Source: Obrimoposthia wandeli (Eukaryota). Taken from it: a stretch of 64,000 bases of DNA. Below the pieces are notes generated by a model that made no database searches, had not been told where the DNA came from, and was given only the letters and a program-made list of their open reading frames with translations. The translations under genes were made by a program, and so were the position numbers. The stretch lies in contig CDROCS010000706.1 in assembly GCA_977020255.1 (NCBI GenBank), positions 744,001-808,000 of the forward strand. The letters run 5' to 3'. Below are positions 47,329-61,130 of the stretch, one piece after another; the first letter of the stretch is position 1, and each line of letters opens with the position of its first letter.

Positions 47329-50019
47329 TGTTGGGGTTTCTATATGAAACTTATAGATCCTCTTGAATGTGGAGGGCCCCAACGTGAATTCTTATAGAAG
47401 CAGGTCTTAAAGTTGGTCGTGGCCTACTTAATGTTATGGTTGCCTGTCTCAATGCTTATCTGAAGGTGTTTGTTTTTGATGTCTCTTAATCTGAAGGGCT
47501 CAAAACAATGCGTTCTAAGGTAGGAAATCGTTTATTGTTAACACACTAGATTAAACAAAACAATACGTTTACGTACGTATTTTCTAAAAAGTTGTAGTAA
47601 AATTCCTAAGACTTCTGTAAGTCTATACACAAGTGGGGATGAACCACGTATCGATTTTACGTTAAGGTCGGTTAGTTTATTTGAGTCTTTACTCTAATTT
47701 GTGGATAAGCTCAAGGGTACAGATTTTGAAGAGCTGGTTGCTCTAAATAGGGAATGAATTTAGAAAGCTTGTCGCTCTAATATGGGTGATTGGTTGGTCG
47801 CTAGAGTCTTTGTTCTAATACGGGTAAGGCGAAGGTTATGGATTCCTTTAGGCGACTTATATTTATTCGCAACTATATCTAATTCTTTTATTGTTTACGC
47901 AATTTTATAAAATCAAATTATTCTAGTTTTCAGAAAATCAATATTTTTACTATCTCAGTAATTTCAAAATCAATATCTTTAAATTTCGTAGTTTAATTCA
48001 ATATCTTCAATAATTCATAGTTTAATTCAATATCTTCAATAATTCGTAGTTTAATTCAATATCTTCAATAATTCGTAGTTTAATTCAATATCTTCAATAA
48101 TTCGTAGTTTAATTCAATATCTTTAATATTTCGTAGTTTAATTCAATATCTTCAATAATTCGTAGTTTAATTCAATATCTTTAATATTTCGTAGTTTAAT
48201 TCAATATCTTCAATAATTCGTAGTTTAATTCAATATCTTTAATATTTCGTAGTTTAATTCAATATCTTCAATAATTCGTAGTTTAATTCAATATCTTCAA
48301 TAATTCGTAGTTTAATTCAATATCTTCAATAATTCGTAGTTTAATTCAATATCTTTAATATTTCGTAGTTTAATTCAATATCTTCAATAATTCGTAGTTT
48401 AATTCAATATCTTTAATATTTCGTAGTTTAATTCAATATCTTCAATAATTCGTAGTTTAATTCAATATCTTTAATATTTCGTAGTTTAATTCAATATCTT
48501 CAATAATTCGTAGTTTAATTCAATATCTTCAATAATTCGTAGTTTAATTCAATATCTTCAATAATTCGTAGTTTAATTCAATATCTTCAATAATTCGTAG
48601 TTTAATTCAATATCTTCAATAATTCGTAGTTTAATTCAATATCTTCAATAATTCGTAGTTTAATTCAATATCTTCAATAATTCGTAGTTTAATTCAATAT
48701 CTTTAATATTTCGTAGTTTAATTCAATATCTTCAATAATTCGTAGTTTAATTCAATATCTTCAATAATTCGTAGTTTAATTCAATATCTTCAATAATTCG
48801 TAGTTTAATTCAATATCTTTAATATTTCGTAGTTTAATTCAATATCTTCAATAATTCGTAGTTTAATTCAATATCTTCAATAATTCGTAGTTTAATTCAA
48901 TATCTTCAATAATTCGTAGTTTAATTCAATATCTTTAATATTTCGTAGTTTAATTCAATATCTTCAATAATTCGTAGTTTAATTCAATATCTTTAATATT
49001 TCGTAGTTTAATTCAATATCTTCAATAATTCGTAGTTTAATTCAATATCTTTAATATTTCGTAGTTTAATTCAATATCTTCAATAATTCGTAGTTTAATT
49101 CAATATCTTCAATAATTCGTAGTTTAATTCAATATCTTTAATATTTCGTAGTTTAATTCAATATCTTCAATAATTCGTAGTTTAATTCAATATCTTTAAT
49201 ATTTCGTAGTTTAATTCAATATCTTCAATAATTCGTAGTTTAATTCAATATCTTCAATAATTCGTACAATTTAAACCTCTCGTCTCACCTATTTGACTCA
49301 AACAGATATCTCCGCGAGGTGATTCCGATCTTCCGCTGAGAATTGGCCTTTACTGAGAACGATCACTGATGTCTCTGCGAGAATTGGCCTGGTTTGAGAA
49401 TTACGAGAATTGGGCTGAGTCGAGAATTGGGCTGAGTTGAGAATTGGGCTGAGTTGAGAACTACGATTTTCTTCTTCTCAAGTTGGAATCTCCTTTTTGG
49501 CCGAGATCACTGCTTTCCTGTTGATTTCTCTACTACTAATTAAAAAACGAATTAGACTTATATAGTCTACCTGTTTGCTGTGACTTGGCTGTCAATCACT
49601 TATGTTGGCAATGGATTTCTTCTGGACAGCTGTAATTCCTATGTAGGTTTCTGTCAATCAGTTTCTCCTTGGCAGCTGTAATTCCTATGTAGGTTTCTGT
49701 CAATCAGTTGACTTAATCGAGATCCTGTTACCGAGTAAGTGATTTGATCGATAATTATAACTTACGGTTTCTGACTTCTTGTACTTTAATTTTCTTTGGG
49801 TATTTTGTTCTCTGGCCCTTTTTGTTTGATTTTAACTTTAATATATACTCACGCATTACACACGACCTTCGTGGTCCTCTAATATTTATTTACTATCTAA
49901 ACTCAACAATTTTAATTTTGATATAAAATTTATTTAATTCTAACCTTGCTTTCAAGGATTTTCATTTTACTATAAAATCAATTAATTATTTAATTTGTTT
50001 CCAAAACCTAAACCTAACA
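47329..50019. mobile_element. Solo LTR (2.7 kb) of the same family as 30014-31637
   Basis: TGTTGGGG...CCTAACA termini, 4-bp TSD GATT on both sides, no coding sequence. Confidence 0.85.
47965..49266 (+). repeat. 29-bp minisatellite (about 44 copies, two interspersed variants) inside the LTR
   Basis: ATCTTCAATAATTCGTAGTTTAATTCAAT and ATCTTTAATATTTCGTAGTTTAATTCAAT. No unique spacers. Confidence 0.95.
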
Positions 50020-50169
50020 GATTTATACTATATAGGGTGTTAATGTTAATGTTATTTTATTAGTTCTAGGTCATTGCGTTGACTTTGGTCGGGCCAAACC
50101 TCCAGAGGCGAATCCGGTCCCCTGATGATTGATCAGTATTTTTGACTAGAACGGGATCCGGCTTATGTA

Positions 50170-50520
50170 TGGGCATATCCTGAATTTTTTGAAAGGGGGT
50201 TGAATTTCTAATTGCTAGGGATTTCTATCTGACAAAACCAAAATTATTAAAACACAATATTAAAAATACAAAAATTGTAACAATTACTGTCCATAATTAT
50301 AAATAATGCTCCATGATAATTCACAACACCAAAATTCAAACTTAAAAATTAAGTTACAATGTCAATCAGTTTCACTTTTGTTGGATGAAATCTTGCAAAC
50401 ATAACAATGATTTCAATACAGAAAGTCTTTTGGAATGTGCATTAAAGCGAGACCATTTAAGCGGCATTGTCCCATAGTTGTTCTAGTATGAAATTTATGC
50501 TCTTCAAGGCACTAGTGGGG
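50170..50520 (-). mobile_element. hAT transposase C-terminal (dimerisation domain) relic
   Basis: SALKSI / RTTMGQCRLNGLALMHIPKD / FARFHPTKVKLI across frameshifts. Confidence 0.65.
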
Positions 50521-50702
50521 GCCTGCGTCTTGGCTTTAGCTTAGGTTTTAACCCGTTACTTACTTCCATATTTTAACAATGTGATTTTTTATTAGATTTA
50601 TATTGTCTGATAACAATAAGCCAGTATCAGTCAATCAATTCATATTAAAGAAATATTTTTTAAATCTCTTATGATTATTTGTGTTAGATACGAGAAAATA
50701 TT

Positions 50703-50774
50703 GCCGCGACCGGGAATCGAACCACAGATCTCACTACTTGCAAGTCACGCATTTTTTCACTAAACTGTATCGGC
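50703..50774 (-). repeat. tRNA-derived degenerate sequence (Ala-like TGC loop)
   Basis: GACTTGCAAGT stem-loop and B-box GGTTCGATTCC, but poor acceptor and D stems. Homologous to 27196-27267. Confidence 0.6.
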
Positions 50775-51275
50775 TCGTAATCTCTTTCGATAACCCAACT
50801 AAGAATTTCTGAAGAAGAATTTTGCACTTATAATTGTTGGTAATTTAATTTTATCACCTATTTATCTTTATATAAATCATGGAGTAGAAGGTTAAAGATG
50901 ATTTTTTTAATAATTTTTAAGTAGAGTAATTATTTTTTCGTCTAGTTTTGATAAAATATCAGTAAACTCCATGGATTAGAATGTTCTTGAATGCTGAGAA
51001 TAAGTTAAGGTCTATAGGATAACGTCATAACTGAAGATCTACTAACATTCCAATAAATTATTTTGTAACCATACAGGGGTTTCAGGATTAATAAAAATAT
51101 TATCTAAGGAAATGTTATTTAGAAAATCAAAGCTGAAAAATAGAAAAGCCACATAGAAAAATTACATTTACACATAAAATCAATATAGAAGAAACAATTC
51201 CTTTAGAAAACAGAATGAACAATATTAAAAAGGATAGAGATGAGATGCAACAAATATGGTTTGCGATAACGACAA

Positions 51276-54200
51276 TTAATCGTAGTTAGAGTTGATAGTT
51301 TTTTCGATCCAGTGGCGGAAGTGACTGACTCGAGAAAAAATACCGGGAAATTTTTTCGGTTCATATATATGTGCGGCTGAGACAACCCCCGCCAATTTCT
51401 GCGTGTTTCCGTCTGTGCATACGAGAGGACCTCCACTGTCACCCTGGAAATAGATAGTCGAGATTTAATGGACAATAATATTGGAAATTGAGTCACAGAG
51501 TCTCAAACAGAGCACTATAAATATTTGAACAAAAGCGTGTTTCACTAACCCTAATTCAGACCTTCATAAAAGAACAAAGGGATGCGTTCTTCGTAAAACG
51601 TTATTTTCACTGTGTTTATTAGTCTTAGAGCAATTTTATCAATTTCACTCTTAGAACAATTTTATCAAAATGTGAAAATATATAAATAAGATTGATAATT
51701 TCCCTATAGTACACTACTAGAAAGTAGACACTCAATAATAGCCTTTGTCTCAACTTCATCAGTCTCCTGTAAGCTTACTTATAAAATCCATTGTGCATAC
51801 CTATTCGCTTATCCAACTATTTTCGTAATAAACTCTTCTCTATAACCTTAAATTTTATACTGATTTCAAATAAATTAATTAAATTTGATTTAATTAAAAC
51901 AAAATTAATTAAAATAATGTGGTCATTTGAATTAACTCAATTTAACCTTAAATTGTATACTGATTTCAAATAAATTACTTAAATTCGTTTTCATTAAAAC
52001 AAATTTGAATTTGGTGTTTAATTAAATTTGAGTTATATGAAAGCTGCTTTCGCAGATATGTCACTCTGGATTAGCAGGTCACCATCTCACTCTATGATAT
52101 TATTTATAGTCAATAAGATAATAAATTGACAAAAGAAAGTGCGTATGTGTATGTATGTTTGAAAATTCAATATAAGGATATATATATAATAAGATATATT
52201 TTATACTAGGTATGTGTGTGTTTATAATAAATAAGATGAGAAATAATAATGAAATCAGTATATGATTATACTCAATTTTGATTGGTTAATGCTATTGATT
52301 GTTTAAAGACAAAAGAAACTTAAAGATTTATTTACAACCTTATATTTTCTACTTAACGTTTTAAATTTCCAAATTAAGTTTATGAGACCTGCTTTCGCAG
52401 ATATGTCACCCTGAATTACTAGGTCACTATCTCACTCTATGTTTATGAATTTTATTAATAGTCAATAAGTTAATAAAATATTTATTCAAATAGATCATGT
52501 ACACAAGTAAATTCATTATATAATTGTTAATCCGGTATTCTTTCTTTGTGAAGGTGAATTGTTTTGAGATCTACTACAGCTATAATGCATTTAAAATTTT
52601 ACTTATAAAAATATCTTTATGATGTTCGAATAAATCCATAAGTAGTTCAATAATGAATTCTGATGTAACATATAAATTAAAATATTTTTCCATATAATTA
52701 TCGAAATTTTCATGTGGTAAATTGATTTTCAATGCACATAGCATATCGACCTAACTATATTTGATACTCATTTGAAAAGTAATGAAATCAGTTTATGTTT
52801 AAACTCTATACCCAATTTTGATTTAAAACAAATGCTTTAGAATCTTCCTTTTTTAATTATTTTATAGTTTGTAATGTATAATATTTATTTCACCTTACAT
52901 TTGCTAAATTATTTTTATTTGATGATTAAGTTAGAAAATTGTTAAATTGACAGTGATTTCTTCAAATACTTTTAAATATTTATGCTGTAGTGCTTTGAAT
53001 CAATTAGAATTCTTTCCCGTGTTACAATTTTTCTTATATTACAATTTTTGTTGTCTATATTTACCTATTTAGCCTAGGTTACGATTATAATACACTAAAA
53101 ATGTCCACTTTCTCACATTTATGAATTGTTTTAAAGAAATATAAATATGTTAATATTAAAATGTATACTTCACCTTGCAAATAATATAAATATTAAATTG
53201 AGACAGGCTAGATCTGAAAAGCAAACGGAATTCGTGAAATGTGAGAAAGGGGACATTAAAAGAGAGTTTTGAGACAAATTGGGACTTATAGTAGATGGAT
53301 CAGGAAATGGTTTATCAAATCCTGAAATTACTGTTGCCATATTTAAAATTGCCATATCAATAATTCGAAGATTTCACACAGTTTTGATATTTTTAATTAT
53401 ATTATTTGCTCAATATTTTATTTAATGGTCACCTCCTCATATCCAACTACACTATTCTTGGAATGTTAATCGAAGAAGCTCAACGCCGAAATAAAGATTT
53501 TTAAACAAATTGAGAAACATTTCCCGGAAATTTCACACGAAAAGACCAACATTGACCTGTTTAATAGACTCTTCTTTTTTCTGATTCCTATTTTGCCTCT
53601 GTTAGTAAACAGAAATATATCTCCAAATGCAATTTCACAGTGTTTTGAACTCCATGGACTCTGAAATTTAACATGTCGGCAAACAATTTCATTTTTAATA
53701 ATTTTTTTTTCTCTGGGTTTCGTAATCTTACTTTGATAACTACTTTCGAGAATTATCTTAGTGCTTTTATTCTGTTCATACGAATATTTAAAATGGATTA
53801 CTAAGTAAATTGCGAATAAACTTAATTTTTTAATAAATTTCAACTGTATCTATAATTAAGGCTTATATATAATTTTGGTCGAACAGAAATTGTTTATATT
53901 ATTCCAATAATGCTAAAGGAGGATATTAAAGAATTGTCTTGTTTGAATTAGTATCTGGCTAATATTTTATAGTCATTTCCGTAAAATAAATTTGGTAACC
54001 AAAATAGGAATTTTGTCCACATTTAATCCACCTGAGTAACAAAGTACAGTTGTATGCGTCATATTTGTGCTGTGTTCTCACCGGACAAATACCGACATTT
54101 TGGTCGTAATAACCAGCACAAAACTCCTGAGAGACAGTCAGGTTGATATCAGCTCGGAAGACAGTGCGACAGTACTGAGGTGAGATGATGGGCAGCATCA

Positions 54201-57200
54201 CGGAGTGGGGCTCGTCCAGAACCGGACCTTTGACCTTGCTGCAACCCCAGCCAATCACCTTGCACATCTACACATCGACTTTCATCGTAATTTCCTCACA
54301 TTTTAGACAGAAATATCTCGAACACCATTATTGATTATAAAATTATGATTTAAGCAGAAACTTAGGTGCATATAAACCACAATCTTTCAGTTTAATCGTA
54401 TTACAGAAACAAACAACATAATCTATTAAATGATATTGTGTAGAAAACTAAGATGAACAGAATATATTCCATATTTTTATGACAATTTCAGAACTAAAAT
54501 TTTTTTCGTTAAGCATTTCATTAGCCATTCAAAATTAATGCTTTGTTTTTAAAAGGCAAAGAAAGTTTATATTATCTCTTGTTATGGACAATATTGAATA
54601 AAAATAATCCGCATCTTAAGATGGGCTGAGGATATATATAGATCACTATTGAGCAATGCAAACATACCACACAATCACACATTCACCAGCATGAAGATTA
54701 CCCAAAGACCCGTGTGTCCGTAAACCCCAATTTACACAATCTATTACATTCCTTTAAGTTATATTCTTTGAACAACATTCAACTATGTAAATTTTTGTGA
54801 AAAGAAAATTTATATAAACTTAGTGAAGCATAAACATCTGAATTATTTAAAAAGTGCAAAAATCAATCAATATAAGACTAACCAAGTTAAAATGTAATAT
54901 TAACAGATATGGCATTAGTACTTAAAGGGTTAATTAAATATAACAGTTTAAGCGTACAAACATTTACATTACGTTAAATTATAAATATTCAGTAAAGGAA
55001 TTACATATTTATTACATAATTAATAAAAGTGGGCCGCGACATTTTTTTCTTTGGGAGTATAAAATAAATCAATTTTTGAGGAAAAATTCAGGTGCTATTT
55101 ATAGTACGAAATTTTGGAGTTCTTCGGCTAATATTAACCTACTTCTCATCACAGTACACACATGATGACTGGCAATCTGCAATTTAAAAATTGCAACACT
55201 CCATTCACCCCACCTTCAAACACATACACCACGATGACTGAACTCATCTTTCCATAACTTCAATGATCCAATCACTGCACCAATTGCAAATTCTAAACTG
55301 GATCGATTTAGATTACTGACCCTAGTTGTCACTGAGATCAGCCAGCGTCAACTGAAACAAAAAAAGCAAGACACGAAATAGTAATGGCCAAATAGTAGCC
55401 TTTTATTATTTACACTTCTAAGTGCGTAATCAACGACTGCTCCAAATTGATTAGACATAAATAATCTCTCTCCTACATTGTTCCAGTAAAAAGTGCCTTG
55501 AGAAAATATTTTTATTACAAATCTTTATCTCAGAATTAAAGATCAACCCGCAATGACAAACCTGATTGTCCAGAGGCCATGATTGATTTACTTTCGGATA
55601 ATCAGCCAAGGCCATTATTCTGGAGGTCTTCAGATCGATCTTTTCAGCCAGTTTGATGAGTGCAATGTCATATTCAAGATTCCCTGATGGGAGAATCATA
55701 AATTAAAAACAACAAACAATGATGTTGGCAACTCAAAACTGCATTTGTTAAAACATTATCATAAATTTTGTTGATAAATTTAGAGCCCGTAAGTACAAAA
55801 AATTAATCTTTAAAATATTTTTATGACAAATTAGTGATCAAAAATTTGAAAGGGTCATTGAATAGTAAGTTAAGTTTAGATTATTTTGAGATGTAAATTG
55901 TATACGTTTTATTCAATATTTCAAGATACAAGGAATTGAGTTGCAATGTGACTCTATTTTCTGGGGAAAATTCAATCAAGTGGACGTTGTAGGTTTTTAT
56001 TTCAACCTATTTTGCTATTCTACAATTTTCGTACAATTTGTGAGAATGTGTTTTAGTCGATAAAAAGGATAATCATCCAGACGAATTAACTTAACATACG
56101 AAAGTCTGTAAAATCCACTCACTGTCATAGCATCGACAATTGTACAAGATCACAACCAGTTTCTGACCAGCATTGACTTTGTCATAATAAACAAACACAT
56201 AATACGATATGGCTGTGTGCACGAAAGCTTGACATTTTCTGAAAATAATTCTACTTGTTTGTATTTGTAGCTCATGAAGAAATTTGGTTGTGTGTTAAAA
56301 ATTGAAACTAATGCATATTTGATGAAATGGATAAAGTTTGGGTAATTGAAAATATATTGTTGGTATTCTTAAATTTATGTTTCGAAACACTCACGATAGT
56401 CTTGTAGATATCTCCCAAAATTATCACCGAACTTAGTACTATATTTCTGATACAAAGTGTAAATTGATTTGGTTAAATTTAATAGGATATTTCATTACAA
56501 GTGAATTATTCATTAAAAACATTACAAGCTATGTATTTTGGGTGCATAATGATTTGAGAGACTTTGTAGTAGGTTTTCTTATTTGATCCAGCGATAAAGT
56601 GGTTCCACAGATTCATGATTGTCTCCGTGATGCTGGGCTAAAACAATTGGTTGGATACTGTCAGATTTTTGAGAAGATGACATTTTTTTAAAATTACATA
56701 CTTTAAATGAAAATAAGTTAAACATTTTTGTAAAATTTAAATTAATTTTAAAAAAAAATTAAAATATAAAACTATTTGTATGGAATTCAGTAACTGCTAT
56801 TTCAAAGTAGTTATTCTCTCAAAATTTACAATTTACAAGTGAAACTTTCATTGAACTGTTATATTTCGATTTTAATACACTAATATATTTACAACTACTT
56901 GCAACTATTAGTAAAACGTATTTACCTGAAGTTTCCGTACAGAGAGCCTAACTTTCCAATCTTCTGGATCTAATAAACTGAAATAACGGTCAAGGCAACC
57001 ACGATATTCGAATACAAACCTACCTGACAATCTCTTGAAACATTGTACGATTGCTGTTGTAATTGTCTGAGCTTTCGCTTGCAGCGAATTGGATATTATT
57101 AAATCCATTATAGCGTGGTATATTGAAGTACGAATCGTTATCTGCACAAAAAATAATACTACAGAAAAAAAAGTAAATATCACATTAACTAGTAAATATT

Positions 57201-57748
57201 TATTCATATCAAACAATAATCACAAAATGGTACTTATTTCAGAATTCATGGCGTAACGTAATGAAGCATTTAGGTTAGAAGTATCCATCAATACCCCACT
57301 TATACGATTGTGGATTGTCATTATTTTGTCATTGCATGAAGCATTCCAAGAGTTTAGGTAAGTTTTTCCCAATAATTACTTTTTAAATTCTGGTGTTTAT
57401 TTGAATTCCGAATCGCGGGTAACTCACTGTTAAGAGCAATGGCTTCCTCGCCCAGGCCTTGTTCCTCAAGGTCGTAGTCGCTGCTGCCGTCATCTCTGAA
57501 ATCATTCCTGGAGTCTGGCCACCGCTCTTCAGGATCAAACTCCTCAACCCCACTGAAGCAGTGAGCAGCAGTGACGATCCACTGGTCAGCAACGATGGTG
57601 CCACTGCAGTAAACCTTGCGGTAGTCGCCCCACAGGCGCAGATGGTCCCACTCGTAGCCGTGTGAGCCGATCAGCGCAGCCAGGAAGCTTGTGTCACCGG
57701 AGGTATCTGCTTGTCCGCCAATAACGCGCTTCACTCGAGCCAGGCCGC
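51276..57748 (-). CDS. S1 (trypsin-fold) serine protease; exons 57428-57748, 57024-57141, 56926-56977, 56526-56637, 55562-55683, 54082-54267, 51276-51443; putative upstream exon ending at 58928
   Basis: RVKR|VIGG activation site, TAAHC (His), YDIALIKL (Asp), IGWG, FCAG, GDSGGPLVC (Ser). All junctions GT/AG and phase-consistent. Confidence 0.92.
53150..53700 (+). mobile_element. Transib transposase relic in the last intron of the protease
   Basis: IKREF*DKLGLIVD.SGNG.SN, then LGML.EEAQ.RNKDF and TNIDLFNRLL.SD.Y, matching Transib/RAG1-like C-terminal blocks. Confidence 0.7.
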
Positions 57749-60700
57749 CTGACAAATGCGCAGAAATTATAAAACATCCTGACTATCAAATTTGAAGTAC
57801 TTTTATGGAGCAAATTTAGATGAATTTTTACTTATATAAAAAAAATTAATAATCTAGTTCATGCTAATCATAAAGAAGACGGCTCCAATATGTGTGATGA
57901 TATTCAGAAAATTTTAATACCCTTATCATTTTGGATTAAAGATGAATATTTTGGATAGTCGGGAAATTTTCAAAAACAAAAATTCTTGTCGAATAAGTTA
58001 CAAAGTGCTTCTAAGTTGTCCTCATGAAGTGTTATTGATGTCACAAAATTTCCTTGAATTTGGTAAACCCTTTTCGTGTTTCATTTGCATGACAAAGTGA
58101 AAGTTTGCACAAAAAAGTGGTTTGTTACCACATCACTGTTGCAGATCATCTTTAAAATATGGGAGAGATTTAGGAAAGTAGAGCAGAGGTGTATATATGT
58201 ATATTGAGCAGAAAATACATCTGAATATCATCACGTGATTCGCTACTTTCTCGCTTTCGACAATGGAAAGTGCTTGATCATCCGCTCTATTCACGAGACC
58301 TTGCATGTTTGACATTTTCCTACCTCGTGATTTTTCTCGCACTTTTTGTTTAAAGTATCAAGATGAGGTGGAAATCAGCAATTGGCTGGAAAAGTGGTTT
58401 ACTACAAAATATGCCTATTTTTATCGATATGATATGAAAGAGAAGCATTAAAATAACTTAAACCCATCAGTAGAAATAGGACTCAACCTACATATACATA
58501 TTTTACATCTGTTTTGAACTGTCACTGTATTTTTCGTGTAACGAATTGTTCTATTTATTTTTGATAAACTAAATTATTTAATTGGAATAAATATTTCTAA
58601 CAAATTATTTTTTGTATCTTAGATAATTGGTTAATTTGAATAATATAAAAATTGGATATATAAGAAGACAAATCATTGTTAATTTTCAAGGACACATTTA
58701 GTAATCATTAGATTGAGACACATACACATAAACTAAATTAAAAACTGATTGCTAATATAAGATAAAACAAATAATTGTTAATTGTGAGTAATATTTATAT
58801 CGGTTGATGAATGTAAACGTTTCAGAGTTACTTCGTGATAATAGTCTTTATTGTCAATATTCTGGTTTAGGACCTCAAGCCATATTATGAAATGGGAAAA
58901 TTAGTCCCGTGCACATAAAAGCCTTACCATCGACTCCAGTATTGAGTAGATTCAAGAAAGAGGCCCACAGCACCGAGGCGAATAGTGTAGAGCCGATATA
59001 ATTCATGAAGTCTAATCCGAATAGAGAAAATGGAGATTGACTGAAGATGTAACTGATCTGAGGTTGGTTGCGATCAGATGGTCTATGCGGTGACGCACTT
59101 GACCTATATCCGATTATGTAGTATGTTGATAAGTCTATGTCACGTCGTGGTTGACTTGGGATTGAGCCAATAGTATTTGCTTGATGTGGACGCTCAGTCA
59201 GTACCAGTCGACTAGTTATAACATTACAAATCTAATTAGACTAAATATCGCCGTTGTAAAAACAAGTCAGAAATTATTTAATATAAGAATCAGACGCAAT
59301 AACACATAATGAAACTTACCAATAGAATCTGTATCTAACATAAATCAATGATGTCATGAAAACTGTTTAATTACTTACTACAAGTAGTAAAAATGACACA
59401 AACACGGGCAGAAAAATATGAGTGTACACACAATTAAACTTTTTAGACAGATGACTGATTTGAGGGCCAATACTATCAGCGTTACTAATCACTTACGGGA
59501 GCCTTTCACTATTTCCATTTAGTGATTCCAACTCCAGAGTTTTTGTAACATAATTTATCTACATCTGACAGGAGTTGTATAGATAGAACACGTGTTGTAC
59601 TGATGAAAAAATTTTAATTGTTTATAACATCGACATAATCGAAAAATATTATTATTTATTTAAACATTTTTTCTGTTCCATTTAAAAGTGATGTAGCATA
59701 TGTTCAAACGAAAAAATCAGTCATTCAACGACATTTTGCAATTGTCTGACTTTCCTTTTCTATACGTCCTTTGGATGCTTTCCTTTTTGCAGTACTACAT
59801 TCAAAAACGTTGTCGACTTTTATATATGCTACAACTGCTCATTTCGAAAAAAAACATTACTATGAAACATCTCAATATATTCCTGATACATTTAAAAGAA
59901 TCGTATTATTAAAGAAAATTAATGAATTCAACACACACTAAATTTATATACAGAAAGTAAAAGTTCAATATAAAAGCACGTATTTTCTCCTTTCACTACT
60001 CTTATATAACAAAATAAAATCGATAGACTGGGCTTGTTGTTTAGTGATATTTTATGAAAACTTAAATAATCGTTAATTTAAAAGAATGACAAATAGAATA
60101 AAAGTGCAAAAGCGTTGTTTCCAAAATATGTGAAAGCACCTGGGTATCTTCCTACTTTGGCCCCCCTTCAAAATTGTCCTGGATATAGTTTCAATATTTA
60201 GCAAACAAATTTATATATTTATTAAATTCTGCTATTGATGGGGTTTTCTTTCAAACTCTAGAATCCTCGTATGGAGGCTCACAGTGTGCATGCTGTAGAG
60301 TTAGGGCTTACAAATGGATGTGGCCTACTTATGCTAGTCTCTGAAGCTTTTTGTGATATGTTAATGAGTTGTGTGCAAAATAAACGTAAAATCCCTAAAC
60401 CGGTTAGGCCGAATGTGAAATAAATTCAAAAATAGTTTGGCAAAGCCAAGACCCGAAAATATGCAAAATTAATCCGAACTTAATCAGTGCTGACAGAAAC
60501 CTTCTGAATATGTCAGGACTTAGGCTAGCGTCTCACAAATTAATTCTCAGTCTCAAATTGTAGTTTAATTTCTCTAGATTAGCGTTAACCCAATGGTGAA
60601 GTGATACTAAAAACAGTGTTATGAAAAGTCTTAGACGTTTTCGATTTGAATATTTGTATTCTATTACAAGGTTAACACCTATTAAAACATAAAAATATAT

Positions 60701-60942
60701 ATGTACGTAGCATAACCTTACAACTCTTTGAGGACCTTAGGGTTGGCTATTTCTTCAAAATATTATGTTATACTAGTCAAATTCGATATTAACTCAATTG
60801 AATATTTACTCAATTCGATAGTTATTAAATTCGATATTTAAATTCGATATTCACAGCTTTCGATAAGCAACTTGAGGTTTCCTTGATCTGTTTTCTAGAA
60901 TAATGTGATTTAATCAATAAAATCAGCGTTATATATACGCTT

Positions 60943-61130
60943 ACCGATTAGTTCAGTCCAGATGTTTGTCGGTTCTCGTTCGCAATGCCTGATACTGTTA
61001 TGACGAGATCGCGATGTTTACCGATTAGTTACGTCTGGATGTTTATCGGTTCTTGATCGCAATGCCTGATGCTGTTATGACGAGATCGCGATGTTTAACG
61101 ATTAGTTACATCTGGATGGTTATCAGTTCT
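60943..61130 (+). repeat. About 76-bp tandem repeat (2.5 copies)
   Basis: TTACCGATTAGTT...GCAATGCCTGAT.CTGTTATGACGAGATCGCGATGT repeated. Confidence 0.8.

Noticed and set aside
47965-49266. CRISPR-like appearance of regular arrays (also 9406-9636 and 63290-64000)
   Set aside because: Units are head-to-tail with no unique spacers, the context is eukaryotic, and there are no cas genes.
50703-50774. Functional tRNA-Ala gene (and tRNA-Thr at 27196)
   Set aside because: Acceptor and D stems pair poorly and the two homologous copies disagree at the anticodon; treated as a tRNA-derived repeat.
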